A stretch of DNA of 64,000 nt. Origin: Eledone cirrhosa. Its lineage: Eukaryota. Shown piece after piece: positions 1 through 13,149 of this stretch. Below the pieces are notes generated by a model. The model saw nothing but the letters and a program-made list of their open reading frames with translations, searched no databases and was not told the DNA's origin. The first letter of the stretch is position 1, and every line of letters starts with the position of its first letter. The translations under genes were made by a program, and so were the position numbers. Where the stretch lies: the NCBI GenBank assembly GCA_964016885.1, contig OZ024740.1, positions 125,302,001 to 125,366,000 on the forward strand. The letters are read 5' to 3'.

Positions 1-380
1 CAGCGGCCAAACTCTCCCAAACGTTTCAAAAGCCACAGGCTAAAAAATGTAGTTTGTTGATAATTCCTGATATTTTAGAATTTCATTCCTATTGGCTTCG
101 GATCGATTGATCCTCACCTTCACCGCAGCATCCAGGATGTGAAAGGGCGCAACAAAAGAGTCACTAACAGTGGCATCCCAATTGAAGAATCTACCTAAGT
201 GTAAAAATTAAGACCATCTGGCCTCTTCCCATGAATCCTGGAGAATCCTGCTGGCCTCAACATTGAGGTCATATTGACTTGAGACAGGACTCGCTTCATA
301 ATTAAGCTCCCCATTTGCTTGTTGAATGAATTCCTAAGTAAACAGTAAAAATAATCACATACAAAAACTTCGACGTGCAA
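1..380 (-). mobile_element. Degenerate 3' fragment of an RLE-encoding (CRE-like) non-LTR retrotransposon
   Basis: Minus-strand translation across stops and frameshifts gives GKRPDG...WDATVSDSF...KYQEL...PVAFETFG, the restriction-like endonuclease motif series. The element runs off the window edge. Confidence 0.7.
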
Positions 381-567
381 ATGAGGTAGGTAGTCACTAC
401 ATGGCTGCTCAACTTGCTAGAATTGGTTACAAAATCACCTCAAACCAAACCTTATTGAATTAAAGATGAAGTTTCCAATGCGTAAGACTGCTTCTACATG
501 GACATGCGACTTGTGAGAAATAGCGACCAATTTAACTCAAATTAAACCACACTTTCTTAATTAAATA

Positions 568-726
568 ATCTACTTTTGGCACAAGGCCACCAATTACCCC
601 AGTGCTTTACTGGTGCTTTATTTTGTCAACCCCGTAGGGATGAAAGGCAAAGTTAACATCAGTGGGATCTGAACTCAGACAGTAAAGGGACTTAACTATA
701 TGCTGAAAAGCATGGCGTCCGACCCT
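568..726 (-). mobile_element. Diverged copy of tRNA-derived SINE family A
   Basis: Reverse complement matches the intact copy at 19150-19336 (gttcagatccc B-box, tttgcctttcatccc core, ccttgtgccaaaagtag tail). Confidence 0.8.
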
Positions 727-1059
727 AATGGATGGTGTTTCCAATAGGCGAGATTACCTCTACATGATTTTATAACTTGCTAGAAATAAATAACAAGTTC
801 TTCTCAAGCCAAATCTTACTGGCTTATATCAAAGAAGACATTGAATAGTAGACACAGTTGAGGAATAAGCACAGGCTGGTCCTAAAGCTGAAAAAACCCC
901 TCAAACTATTGATTTTTTTAAAAAGATGAACTTAGTTATGAATGTTCCTTATTAATCTGACAAATTCTATTAGATCAGAATTGAGCTGTAATACACAAAG
1001 TAAAAGAATGCTTGGTTACTGGATATAGTTGTTTTGAAATTAATCAGTTTTATTATATA

Positions 1060-2490
1060 CTAGCAGTGGTACCCAGCGTTGCACGGGATAAGGTATTTTG
1101 GAACGCGGGCCGCCGACAGACCTAATCGTGGAAAAACTGCATGCCTCGACAATATGTAAAGAAAATAAACTGAATACTCTGATGGCTGGATAATCTTTAA
1201 GATTTTCCTCGATGAAGCAGGAAAAATGCTAGGGCACCAAGAAAATGAATTTTTTTATGTGCATAATATGCCTTGAAATTTCGGGTAAATTGGCTAGACG
1301 TAACGCCTAAAAAAAAGCCCTAAAAAGCTGAAAAAATAAAGTTTTTCACCTAATGTGGGCCCTAGGCCATACAAAAGTTGGATTGTCTTTGCTCAGGGTA
1401 TGATTAAGAGCCTGACCAATACATAGTTACAATTTCAAGGAAATCGGTCTGACGTAACGCCTCAAAATACCCCTAAAAAGCTGAAAAAAACGCAGTTTTT
1501 CACCTAATGCGGGCTCTAGGGGATCAACAAGTTGAATTTTTTATGTGCATAACAATCTTTGAAACATAACGCGGGCCGCCAACAGACCTAATCGTGGAAA
1601 AACTGCATGATGGACAATATGTAAAGAAAATAAACCGAATACTCTGATGCAATTAGTATTAGGTATGCTTCTCCTTCCACGTGGAGAAAATCGGCTTGGT
1701 GCTTTTGTACTTTAATAAAGTGGCATGAGTCAGCAGGACAGATGTCACCACTTATGTCAGAGGGAAGTCTGCAATGCTTGAGCAAGGCAACGCGTGCAAG
1801 CGGACAGCATGTGGAGCCTTCTCGAAGGAGTCCACCGCACCTTAGTAAGTAAACGCAACTGGACAAATGTTTACCAAACTGTGGGTATAATTTAACAAAT
1901 TTAAAGAGGAATGGTGCAATAAAATGGACCCCAAGGCGTGTGCGCGTTCACTGGCAGCCCTAAACGAAAAGGTCGCTATCAGCTATTTCAATGGCTCTTA
2001 AACGGGCCGTGTAAGCCGTTCACTGACACCCCAGTAAGAAGGGGTAACCATCAACAATTTCAAGTGGTGGCCCTAAAAAGGGCCATGTTAGCGTTCAGTT
2101 GTAGCCCTTAATAGTAAGGTCTCCTTCCGATATTGCAAATTTTCCGTTAAAATCCTGCGGATGGTGCTTCGGGAAACCTCAGGGACCAAAATGCAGAGAG
2201 TATCCAGAGTGATCCGCCGATCTTTACGCATGTTTTCCTCAGAAGGAGACCTTACTTTTGGGATTGCCCTCTATATAATAACTGCAGGAAATTCGCACTT
2301 GGCGGTAGCGTTAAACGGGAGCTCCATTCTCAAGGGCTGCCAAGCCAAGATTGAGCATCCCAGCGAAGCGCGCGCATGCTTGTTTGGGAGTGAAAGAATC
2401 ACCAATCATAACAGTGTTGCCAACAGCCGTACGAACAGTTTCTCTGTGGCCCCATCGCTTTGTATACCTTACTTTTGGGATTACCCTCAT
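1060..2490 (-). mobile_element. Non-autonomous Helitron, composite and internally repeated
   Basis: Minus-strand 3' end is a hairpin CCCGTGCAACGCTGGG followed by ...CTAG|T. 1060-1570 aligns with 29046-29560. Internal direct repeats at ~1103/1569 and ~2251/2467. The 5' boundary is uncertain. Confidence 0.65.
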
Positions 2491-2572
2491 AAAATCTTTC
2501 AACATAATTTGATATAGTCATCTTAAGTTAGATTATGCTACAAATAGCATCAGAATCATGAAATAATTAATT

Positions 2573-2822
2573 GTTTCTACTATTGGCACAAGGCCAGCAA
2601 ATTACACAGTACGTTACTGGTACTGAAATAATTAATTGTTTCTACTTTAGGCACAAGGCCAGCAATAACCCAGTGCATTACTGGTACTTTATTTTATCGA
2701 TCCCGTAAGGATGAAAGGCAAAGTCAACCTCGGCGGGATTTGAACTCAGATCGTAAAGGGACGTAACTATGCTGGAAAGCATGGCGTCCAACCCTCTACT
2801 GATACTGCCAATCCACCGCCCC
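2573..2822 (-). mobile_element. SINE family A: full copy (2638-2822) plus a 5'-truncated copy (2573-2623)
   Basis: Two SINE 3' ends in tandem. The 14-mer tgaaataattaatt occurs at 2559, 2624 and 2823. Confidence 0.9.
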
Positions 2823-3227
2823 TGAAATAATTAATTACATTAATAAAGCCCTCCAAATTCTTCATTAAGAGATCAAAATGCTGAGCATTTTATTAAAGAA
2901 TCACAATAGTCAGATGCTGCAGTTAAAATATATGATGGATTAAATCTACAATTCAAGAACATGAACGATCGCAACTATGAGCTTCCACAGTTTCCATCTA
3001 CTTAGTTTTCTTCACAAGCTTTATTTAACTCAGGGCTACGGTAGAAGACACTTGCCCAAAATGCTGTACACTGGGATTGTATTCCAAACCACATAGTTGT
3101 GAAGCAAATTTTATAACAACACAGGCACTCAGATTCTGGAAACATTGTAATTAGATCACTCAGATTTTGTGTACATCTCACTCAGGCCACAATTGCTAAG
3201 TCGATCCTACCTTGTTAATTCAACATA

Positions 3228-3877
3228 CTGTATATACTTGAATATAAGCCAAGGAATATGTGACCAAATAATCGATGGTCAAATGGAGGTCGGCTTAGAT
3301 TTGAGCTCAATATTTTGACAATTATCACCAACTTCAAATTCTATCTAAATAAGGTGCTAAAATATCTTACATTTCACAATGAAACACAGTTTTTCTACAT
3401 TTACTATATCATCATGAATTCTATCTATGCATTTCCTTGAAAACATTCCCAACAAATTTCTTTGTTATTTGAACGTTTAATACATAAATATCCTACAGAT
3501 ATATGCATATATGCACCTACATTTTTTCTCTGTGATTTATACTTTCTTTTCAATCTTGTTTTATTTTGCTTGCTGACTCTCTCTTCTTTTTTTCTCACTC
3601 TGATTCTCCTTTTTCTCGATTCATAAAACATGAAATTGCAAAAGAGTCATTACATGATGAATTTGTGAAACAAAAACTATACTTAAAACATTTAAAATAT
3701 GAAGACTTCGTAAATATTTTCTCCTTTCATGAGAATTTAAAAATTATGCTATAATGTGTTGATTAGTAGCCTTATCTTATAAGCTTTAGATGTTTTGCCC
3801 ATTTCTCAGAAATAAAACAGGAGAGAGGGGGGGAGGGGGGCTTAGATTCAGTTTGGCTTGTTATTGAGTACATACAG
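3228..3877. mobile_element. Tc1/mariner-superfamily (pogo/Tc2-like) MITE
   Basis: Left end CTGTATATACTTGAATATAAGCCAAG versus reverse-complemented right end CTGTATGTACTCAATAACAAGCCAAA. TA on both flanks. Confidence 0.65.
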
Positions 3878-4859
3878 TATTGTATGTGATATTTTATTGT
3901 GATATTTTGTACCATTGTCATCAAGATTAAAAGAGCATGAAACTATTTATTTTATATAAAAGTCAGTAGTAATAAGTAGCTATTATGGTATGACTATTAT
4001 TGGTTTATATTTGACTATATATGGTAAGTAGAAATATGCTAAGTAAGAAGATATAATTAAGACAACTGGGTATAAATATTGATGTCTAAAATAGATACAA
4101 GGCTTGAAATACATAGTTGATTATGTCAAACCAAAATGTAACAGGTAATATTTTTGGGGGGACTATTCGTTTTGTAATATTAGTGTGTATAAACAATAAA
4201 GCACAGGTGAGTTGAGAGAAAAACTGGGCATAAGAAGAATTGAATGTTATGTATACGAGAAAAGACTGCAAAGGTTCTGGCATGTAATGTGGATGAATGA
4301 TGACAGTTAAAGTAAATAAGAGACTATGGAAGAATGTTGTGCAAGGGAAAGATATGGGAAGAAGGTGGTGAAAATGAATCCTAAAATGTGGAACATTTCA
4401 AAGGAATGTAACAGGTGATCATCTGCAATATATTGGGGGAAAGACCTGTACAACCCTACTTCAAACACTGACATATACATATACATTTTTACTTATCTCG
4501 CTTTTCTCCTTTCTTTCTCTTCACTTCTCAAGATGTCGACTGTACTGTCCATAAATATTCTATCTTAGTTTTTGCTCACTATTTTCAATCTCTTCTTCCA
4601 TCTTTTTCCCCTAGAGCTTATTTCTTATGATCCCTTTTGTCCTGTTCATGAATATTCTAATTTTTAGCCATGTATTGCTGTGTCTCTTTTCCTAAATCCT
4701 ATTCTCTTCCTATTTTCTTGCCTGCACCAGTCAAAACTCTCCCATCTGCTTTTTACTACCAGAAATGATCTGTCTGACCAATCAGGGTAAGTAATATATA
4801 TATGTGGCAGATCCGTTTAGAAAGGTGGATGAAATGTCTTACTATTTTCAGAAATAGGA

Positions 4860-6390
4860 CCAGAAGACCATGCAAACCCTCCACATCCCAAACACAGAAA
4901 AGCAAATGCAGGTAACCCATCTTCCAGAACCTACCCCGTCCTCATGCTTAACAACTTCACAGTTGCCACTTCATGTGTGGTTCCAGAATTGCTAGAGTGA
5001 AGGCAAGTGGATGTGTGTTGCATATAAGAGCCTAGGTGGAGAGGAGCATCAGCTAGACTCATTATTGGCAAGAAACAGTGCTACATGTTCTTTTGGATAG
5101 GTAATGATCTTGGACTGAGAGGTGTAGGTATGTTGTTAGTGGAAAAATGGGTAGAAAATGTAGTTGATGTTGCTAGGGTGAGTGATAGAATCATTAAGCT
5201 TAGACTGATTCTAGGTAAGACAACTACAACAATTATCTCTGCATATGCACCACAATCAGGACTGACAGAGGAACTGAAATATCAACTTTATGAGAACCTT
5301 ATACGAACTACCTCGTTAACATGCAAGGGTAACAGTATAATCAAGGCTAGCAACTTCAATGGTCATGTTTGGCAACACTTGTGTCCATGGAGGTTTTGGA
5401 TTCAATACAAGAAATGAGGAGGGATTAAGACTCCTGTAGTTCTGTCGTGCAAATGGTCTGGCTATCTGCAACACCAACTTCAAAAAAAAAAGGTCAGCTA
5501 ATCTCTTGATCAGGTTAGGTAAGCACAAAAGCCAGATTCATTTTATCCTCACCAGTAGCCAAGACAACCTGATGGTTGTAAACACAAAGCTCTCCCTAGG
5601 GAGGTGTGTAGAACCCAACATAACTTAATGATAAATGACTTTAGAATCACAGCTAGATGAAATTGGAGATAGAAGGACATGGTAGCTGAGGGAGCCTTCA
5701 ATCAGTGATAAATTCAGATATGTCCTGATTGATGCTTATGGCTCTAAGAAAGATGATTCTGAGACTGGCAGCATAGAAGAGTAGTGGAGGTTTCTGCATG
5801 AGAACCTGCTGAATGCTACTGATTAGGTCAAGTCTGTGGCTGGCAAAAGGCCCCAGGGTGAACACAGTTATGGAATAGAAAGTTGGATGAGGTATTTAAA
5901 GTTAAGAAACAGGCATAGAAAGACTGACAACATGAGGGAAGATGCTAGAAGAAAAGCCAGGCTGCAGGTATAAGTAGCTAGAAAGGAAGTAGAAAACAAT
6001 ACGTTTGTGCATATTCTGCACTATGAGAACCATAGGGAGTAGGTCTTCAGGAATGCAAGTCAGTATTTGGTGAAAAATGTGTCCGAAATTACAATGGTAC
6101 ACTTGTCCTTACTGAGAAGAAAGAAGCATGGAAGTGTCATTATGAGAAACAATTGAATGAGGAGAATGCATGGCAGAAAGATGCTTTGCCTCAAGTAGAT
6201 CCAACAGAGAGTCCAGCCATTCAAGTTAGCAGCAGTAAGGAAAAGAATAGGCAAGTTTCATCTTATGTACAATGTGTAATCTTTGGTTACACAAAAGATG
6301 TAATAGGATTGCAGGCAAGAGAATGTAGGTTTTGTATGTAGCCAGTACACCAGAGCAGTGAGCAACAAGAGTACACAGGAAACAAGTCTC
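4860..6390 (+). mobile_element. Old degenerate RTE LINE with the RT domain deleted
   Basis: APE motifs (FFWIGN...GVG...ISAYAPQSG...FNGHV) and NEENAW...PAIQVS match the RTE at 22686-25804. The sequence jumps at ~6245 directly to the Cys-rich finger (LCTMCNLWLHKRC). Many stops and frameshifts. Confidence 0.85.
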
Positions 6391-9300
6391 CATCTAACTC
6401 TCCACCTATAAGCCCCCCTCTCCTCCCAATCTCCTTCACTCTCACTACTTTACTCTCATACTCACTGCACCCATGCTGTCAATGTTATCTAAAGTTGGCT
6501 TTGTATCTGTGTGAAAATTTCACTCCACAATGTCACTCACATAATTTTTGAATGTCCATGTTCAACCCTATTTCTGCCACCAATTATATCCGTCTACTGC
6601 CTTTCCCATTATGGCTTCCATGTATGATGGGTTACATCAGGTTTATTTATATTCATACATCATACCACTACCCTCTCTATGCTGCCTGCCACCACTCCAT
6701 CTCTCAAAAGCCACTCCTTCGTGCTTGCTTATTTTTATATATTTAGTGTAGCAAATTATCGTAGTATTTCAGAATCTCACTATTTAATCACCATCAAATA
6801 TATAATTATCCTTTCCAAGAATTTAATATTGCTTTCTTTAACATGAATTAGAGAGAAAGCCCTTCATATTGATTATTAAACACTACATAAAGCAACATAG
6901 AAGTGGTGATGATGTTTACTTGAATAATGATGTGTCAAAGAGTAGAGTGAGAGAGTGGGCGCATGTATGGCAATGTATCATGAGTTATAGTAATTGTGTA
7001 AGTATTTCTTTACCGAAGGTATGTCACTATGTTCGTGTGTCTGTGTATATACTTGCAAATTTGATATTTTTGCTTCACTTGTTACTTCTTTGATATATGA
7101 ATCTCTCTTAATCATAGGAAACTGATAACTTTAGAGAAGTTTACAGGTTTTCTATGAATGTAATTAATTCAAGAATATTCAGAAGCAACATTTGGTCTTC
7201 ATGTAAATTAGTGTTTAAATCTCAATGAATTAACTGCTTAACTTTTAATTACTGTGAATGCTACACATTCTAAAGATAAGTATCATTGTTCATTCACGTT
7301 TTATATTTAGGATTAATTAATTATTTCTGTGTAATAGCAATTATTCAATGTGTTTCAAACCAATTCTTGTCATAAAGTTAAAGTGAATAATAATAATGGT
7401 AATGTCTCTGTATTATCTACGACTTAGCTTTCCACTATAGACACCTAATATTGTATGCTGTTATTAACTCTTCAATGGCTGAGAGGTCAAGAGCCAACAC
7501 AGTGATTCTATGAGAAATAATCAACATAATATGTAAGACAGTACGAGCTCATGTCCACAGCTAGTATTGCATAGCAGCTATAAACCTGGCACAACATACT
7601 AATTGCCTTCAGTGACAGAGATGGAGAATAGACATCAATCTAACTGAGAAATTGATATTTAAACTCCTATTCACATGGAAAAATACAAATATAGAAGTGT
7701 ACTGAACTCTATTGAAATGAAAAATACTTCAAAATTATCAATCATTGAACACGAGAAAAAAGTGTTGTATCCAAAATGTTCTATTGATGCTTGTTCAAAA
7801 TATTTAACTCCCTAAACACTTCATACCACTTATTTCATTCTATAAACTCAATTGATAATCAGAAATTCTTTAATTTCTTCTACTTTTTATCATGACCAAA
7901 GCTTTTATGTCAATTTTACCTTGATTGCATATGTTGGATGATATCATGTTTTAGCAGTTTTCTATGGTTGGATGCCCTTCCTATCACTAACTTATACTTT
8001 GTTCTTAGTATGATACATGCTACTAGTAATTTTCAATTTGCTATGCTGCATGACATTGTTTATGTGGTACATAGACTCTTGTTACCATTGGTGTTATAAG
8101 TGGTGTCAATAAGATGTCTACATAGACTGTCACACTCACATATACATATATGATGGGCATCATAAAGTTTCAGTCTACCAAATTCAGTCACAAAACATTA
8201 GTTAATCCAGTGCTATATATAGGTGCAGACACTTGTTCAAGGTTCTGTGCAGTGGGCTAGAAACTAAAATCATGGGATCTATGGGGTATTTCATTATAAA
8301 TTATTTGCCAGGCTGGTTTGTGGTTCAAACTGGATTAGTTAGATACTGTACAATCTATATGATAGATGTAGTCAACTCTTTTGCTGACAAGCTATAAAAA
8401 AACACATAAATTCCTAAAATCTGCATGGTGCAGCTTAAAATAGCTTATAGGTTTGCTTTATTCTATAAAATAGAATATTGAAACTATCAAGAAGATTAGG
8501 AATTTTGATTGTAACAGGATGAAATATAATAAAGCTTTTTGACAATCTAACCAACCCACACTATTGTGAAAATAAAAAAGGCATTAATGCAATTGTGATG
8601 ATAATGTTTAAAGACAACTAGTAACGTATTTACAATGACATTCTTACAAACCAAATATTGCCATGACAAATATTTCCAATATATCAAAAAAATTTGGGGA
8701 AGACATATATTGCAAATATTTTAAAGAAAATATATTCCTGAATCCAGCTTATTCTAATCTGATCGTTGAACACCAAGCTTTGCTCATTTGAACTAAGATA
8801 TAAGTTGAATGTTAGCATTTAGCACGATGGACTGTATGACAGAATTTTACAACAAATTGAAATCTTTTGAGCAACCAACTGATAACAGAGTTCCTTTTAA
8901 AACTTTATGTATAGAGCTTTAGTTTAAAATGTCATTAGGTTTAAGTTAGGATTTATCTTGGTTTAACAATATTTATATTTTATGACAAGTATTTTGTGTC
9001 TTTTATATATTTTCAATGTTTGTTTATTTTCTTGGGTGTATGAAGAATATGGGCTTTCTCTGTAGATTGTTAGAAACCCTTCTTGGACCATAAAGATGAA
9101 AAGATAAGAGATAGAAATATGTAATCATTATGCAGAAACACTTGCAACCAATTTCTTTAAAACACAAAAACAGTTTACCTATTCTAGAGTTTTGGACTAT
9201 TAACTCATCTTTAGAGGTGAAAAATTTATTTTGATATTTACATTTTCTCTTGCTACCATTTTTCTTATCTCTAAAGATTTGTTTACTTTTTAGACTGAGA

Positions 9301-9967
9301 GAGAAGGGCAATAGGACTCATAGCCATTTTAATGACCTCTGAGCCTGGTAGGAAGGCTGATAAAGGAAGGTATCTTCACATATCAAAACCTGGTTTAAAT
9401 GCTTGCAAAAGAAATCTCCTTGCTAAAGGCATCCAAAGGCTTCATGGTGGTACTAAACTCTAAACTAGGCTGTTGTTTATGAGTGTTACTCAAGTGAACC
9501 ACAACAGAATTTGAACTCACAATGCAAAATACTGGAAGAAATACTACAAGAAATCTAACCTGTCACTTTACCAATTGCACCAATTACCCTATCAATACTG
9601 GCACTTCATTTTATCAATCCTAAAACATGAAAAGCTGTTAACCTTGGAGAGCCAGAATAAATACTGCAAAACATTCTGGCTCATGCTATAAAGACTTGGC
9701 CAATTTGCCACTTAAGAAGTAATAATCTGAGCAATTAGAATCATATAAACACTCATCATAGTTATTTAGGATTTTTCTTGTCAATCACAATATCTGGAGA
9801 AGTTCCTTGTATTTGTGCATTGTTTGATAATATCCTACTACGTTATTTTATCAATGTAAATTTTACATATTTTTACATATTTGTATATTAACAATCAACT
9901 TATAACTTACACCAGTATTTTCAAGTTAGTCTATATAGTAGTAAATGTTTTATGAAGTTGAAATCAA

Positions 9968-10160
9968 CATCATCATCATCATTATTTATCTTCCATGCTA
10001 GCATGGGTTAGACGTGTTTGTCCTATTTAGAGGCAAGTTGGATCAGGTGACCATGTGTCACTCATATAGAACTGTTTCTGGCTAGTTACCTACAACTGAA
10101 TGCCCTTCCTAAAACCAACCACATTTACAGTGTGTGCTGGATGCTTTAGAGTACCAATGT
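9968..10160 (-). mobile_element. RTE-type 3' tail fragment (LINE or partner SINE)
   Basis: (CAT)n + ttccatgctagcatgggttagac + atgcccttcctaaaaccaacc, homologous to 22385-22570. Confidence 0.75.
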
Positions 10161-10353
10161 AATATATATATATATATATTAGTAAAAAGGAAAAGAAAAT
10201 GGTGACAAATTGTTCCCAGTGAAAAATAGTTTAATTAGGAATAAATATAAATTAGTAATAAGTATTAGTTAGTATTCAATTTTAGTTTTAAGTTATATAT
10301 ACGGGGGTTGGACAAAATACTAGAAACACCTTAAAATTTCAAACAAATTTATT

Positions 10354-11572
10354 TTAATATTGGGTAGGATCGCCTTTGGCAGTAATTACAGCTTGAATTC
10401 TACGAGGTATGCACTCGTACAAAGTTTGAATTGTTTCCAAAGGAAGTTTTGTCCATTCTTCAGCTAAAACAGTCTCCAGTTCTTGTGGTAATGATGGTGG
10501 AAGATAACGACTCCTTACTTGTTTTTCTAAAATGCACCATAAATGTTCAATAATATTGAGATCTGAGGACTGTGGTGGCCAGATCAGATGTTCAACTTCA
10601 CTGGAATGATCCTCGTGCCATTCAGTAACGACTTTAGCTCTGTGAATTGGTGCATTATCAACCTGAAAGTTTGCGTTTCCCTCCGGAAACAGTTCCGCAA
10701 CCATAGGATGAATTTGATCAGATAAAATACTTAAATAGTCTTGATTATCGGTGGATTGGCAGTATCGGTAGAGGGTCGGCCGCCATGCTTTCCAGCATAG
10801 TTACGTCCCTTTACGATCTGAGTTCAAATCCCGCCGAGGTTGACTTTGCCTTTCATCCTTACGGGGTCGATAAAAATAAAGTACCAGTAATGCACTGGGT
10901 TATTGCTGGCCTTGTGCCTAAAGTAGAAACAATTATTAATTCTGCCATGAACGGAAACCATTGGGCAGGCGGATTTCCAAGATATAGCCCCCCAGATCAT
11001 CACAGATCCTCCTCCATGTTTAACAGTTGGAAGAAGGCAGTCTGGGTCAAATGCTTCTTTTGGTTGTCTCCATACGTATACTCGGCCGGTAGTCGGAAAT
11101 AAGGTAAAGGATGACTCGTCCGAGAAAATAACATTCTTCCACTGCTCTAGGTACCAATTCTGTAGGTTTTTACTCCACTCTAAACGCTTTGCAACGTTTG
11201 TTTTTTAAAGTAGTGGTTTCTGATTGCAGCCCTCCCGTGAAATCCGGCTTTATGCAGCTCCCGGCGAACAGTTTTTGTTGGAACTGATTTCTCGAGGTGG
11301 TCATTAAGCTCTGCAGTAATTTTGGGAGCTGTAATTTTGTGATCCTTTCTAACAATTCGCGTAAGAGTCCGAAGGTCCCTATCTGAAAGTTTTGGTTTTC
11401 TTCCGGAGTTATATTTCGACAAGGAGGTTTTTCCCTCTTTCTCAAAGGCTGTCATTACTTTCGAGACAGTACTTCTTGATACACGAAATATTTCGGCTGT
11501 TTTCGTTACGCTAGCGCCTGCCATACGAGCACCAACAATTTGACCTCTTTGAAAGTCCGATAGATCTGTCAT
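10354..11572 (-). pseudogene. Tc1 transposase pseudogene
   Basis: HTH region MTDLSDFQRGQIVGAR...GRKPKL, then FSDESS, DNAPIH, WPPQSSDLNIIE. Frameshift near 11210 and SINE insertion at 10749-10931. Confidence 0.95.
10749..10931 (+). mobile_element. SINE family A inserted in the Tc1 transposase
   Basis: gttcaaatccc B-box, gactttgcctttcatccttacggggtcgataaa core (resembles the MetaSINE-type conserved domain), short attat duplication. Removing it restores ...HGRINNQDYLSIL... Confidence 0.92.
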
Positions 11573-11862
11573 TTTAATGAATTTTAATTACCTTTTACTG
11601 ATGATATCTGAAAAGAAACAGCAATTTTAACAGAACATATTAAGCAACACTAATAATAAATCAACAAACATAAAAATAAACAAGCTTTTGACGGTTTTAT
11701 AGATATTTCAAAATGATGATGCTATGATGGTAGGTGTTTCCATTATTTTGTCCAATCCTTGTGTGAATGAAATATTTCCGTCGGAAAGGTACAGGAAAAA
11801 AGAGTGCTCTATGTAGGCTACAGAGCTTATTAGTTATGTAATAAACAACATAAGATAATTAT

Positions 11863-11923
11863 TTCATTTACCAGTGGTTTCTTGAAGGCAGATGTTGTGT
11901 CTGTCTTCAGTCGTCAGAATGAA
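11863..11923 (-). ncRNA. Type I hammerhead ribozyme (predicted)
   Basis: Minus strand: UUCAUU-CUGACGA-c[ugaagacaga cacaaca ucugccuuca]a-GAAA-CCACUGG-UA^-AAUGAA. Full core, 6-bp stem I, ~10-bp stem II, short stem III. Confidence 0.8.
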
Positions 11924-12001
11924 TAAATAACATGGTGTTTTTATTAAATATGAATTTGAAAACAAAAAGCTCTATACATACGCGCACGTGTATATACACA
12001 T

Positions 12002-12074
<73 letters not shown>

Positions 12075-12181
12075 TACAGATACATACACATACACACATA
12101 TATACAAGCATACACACACACATACACATATACATATATATACAAACATACATACACACATATATATATACATATATATAC

Positions 12182-12214
<33 letters not shown>

Positions 12215-12255
12215 CACATACATACATACATATACACACACATCCACATACACAT

Positions 12256-12286
<31 letters not shown>

Positions 12287-12613
12287 CATGTATATATAAA
12301 TACACACACACATACACACACACACACATACACGTGCTTTTTGTGTGTGCATAAACATATAAGCAGACAAACTATAAATACACACACACTCGCAGATGGG
12401 AGTATAAAATGAAAAAGTGAAAAAATGATATTATACTCCAGAAGAACTGTTGAGTGCTTCGTATCAGTTAAAATTATATATTTTTGTTGAATAACCGACA
12501 AAATAAATATCCCTATGCTTATAAATAGGCGTACACATACACATACATATATATATATACACATACATATACATATACGCATATATATTTTAAAAAAATA
12601 TATATATATACAC

Positions 12614-12691
<78 letters not shown>

Positions 12692-13024
12692 GTATAAAAT
12701 AATAAAAACACGTATATATGTATGTACACATAAGCCTGTCTGCATATGCGCCCACATACAATCTTATGTGAGTACACTTATAAACCTAATGGGTAATTAA
12801 GGACAAGGGGGTGTAAAATTGAGATCAATTAATAAAAACAATTATTAAAAACAGGTAAGGGAGAAAAGTGGTGTAAAAGTTGTAGTAGAGAGTGAGTGTT
12901 TGTAATGAGATCTTGATAAGTGTATATAGTTAAAATGTGATCTGGGTTAAAGGATGAAGGTGGTGTGTGTGTATGTCTTAAAGGTCTGGTAGAAAATAGG
13001 GGGTGGGATTTATAAGTCAAATGA

Positions 13025-13055
<31 letters not shown>

Positions 13056-13149
13056 GACAGAGATGAGGGAGAAAAAGTATATATTGGTAGAAAGTATGTG
13101 TTAATAAGGTGATGTAGTGAGTGGAAGGCGTGATAAGTAAAGAAGAAGC

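Larger units (their letters stand above)
10302..11761 (-). mobile_element. Tc1-family DNA transposon (DD36E spacing), full length, inactivated
   Basis: ~29-bp TIRs cgggggttggacaaaatactagaaacacc / caaggattggacaaaataatggaaacacc (rc). TA on the left, TG on the right. Transposase coding sequence inside. Confidence 0.95.

Noticed and set aside
395-1000. Recurrent acatgg...ctgctagaaatagcagccaa-like blocks (also ~19930, 44205, 56125)
   Set aside because: Evidently an old dispersed repeat, but too decayed to bound or classify.
1930-2120. Spaced ~60-bp repeats resembling a CRISPR array
   Set aside because: Degenerate minisatellite inside a Helitron in eukaryotic DNA; no constant repeat with unique spacers and no cas genes.
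11907-12777. Long YI/CV/HT-repeat ORFs (also near 29.7k, 31.8k, 35k, 38k, 57.8k, 62.6k)
   Set aside because: They are translations of (AT)n/(CA)n microsatellites, which lack stop codons; not genes.
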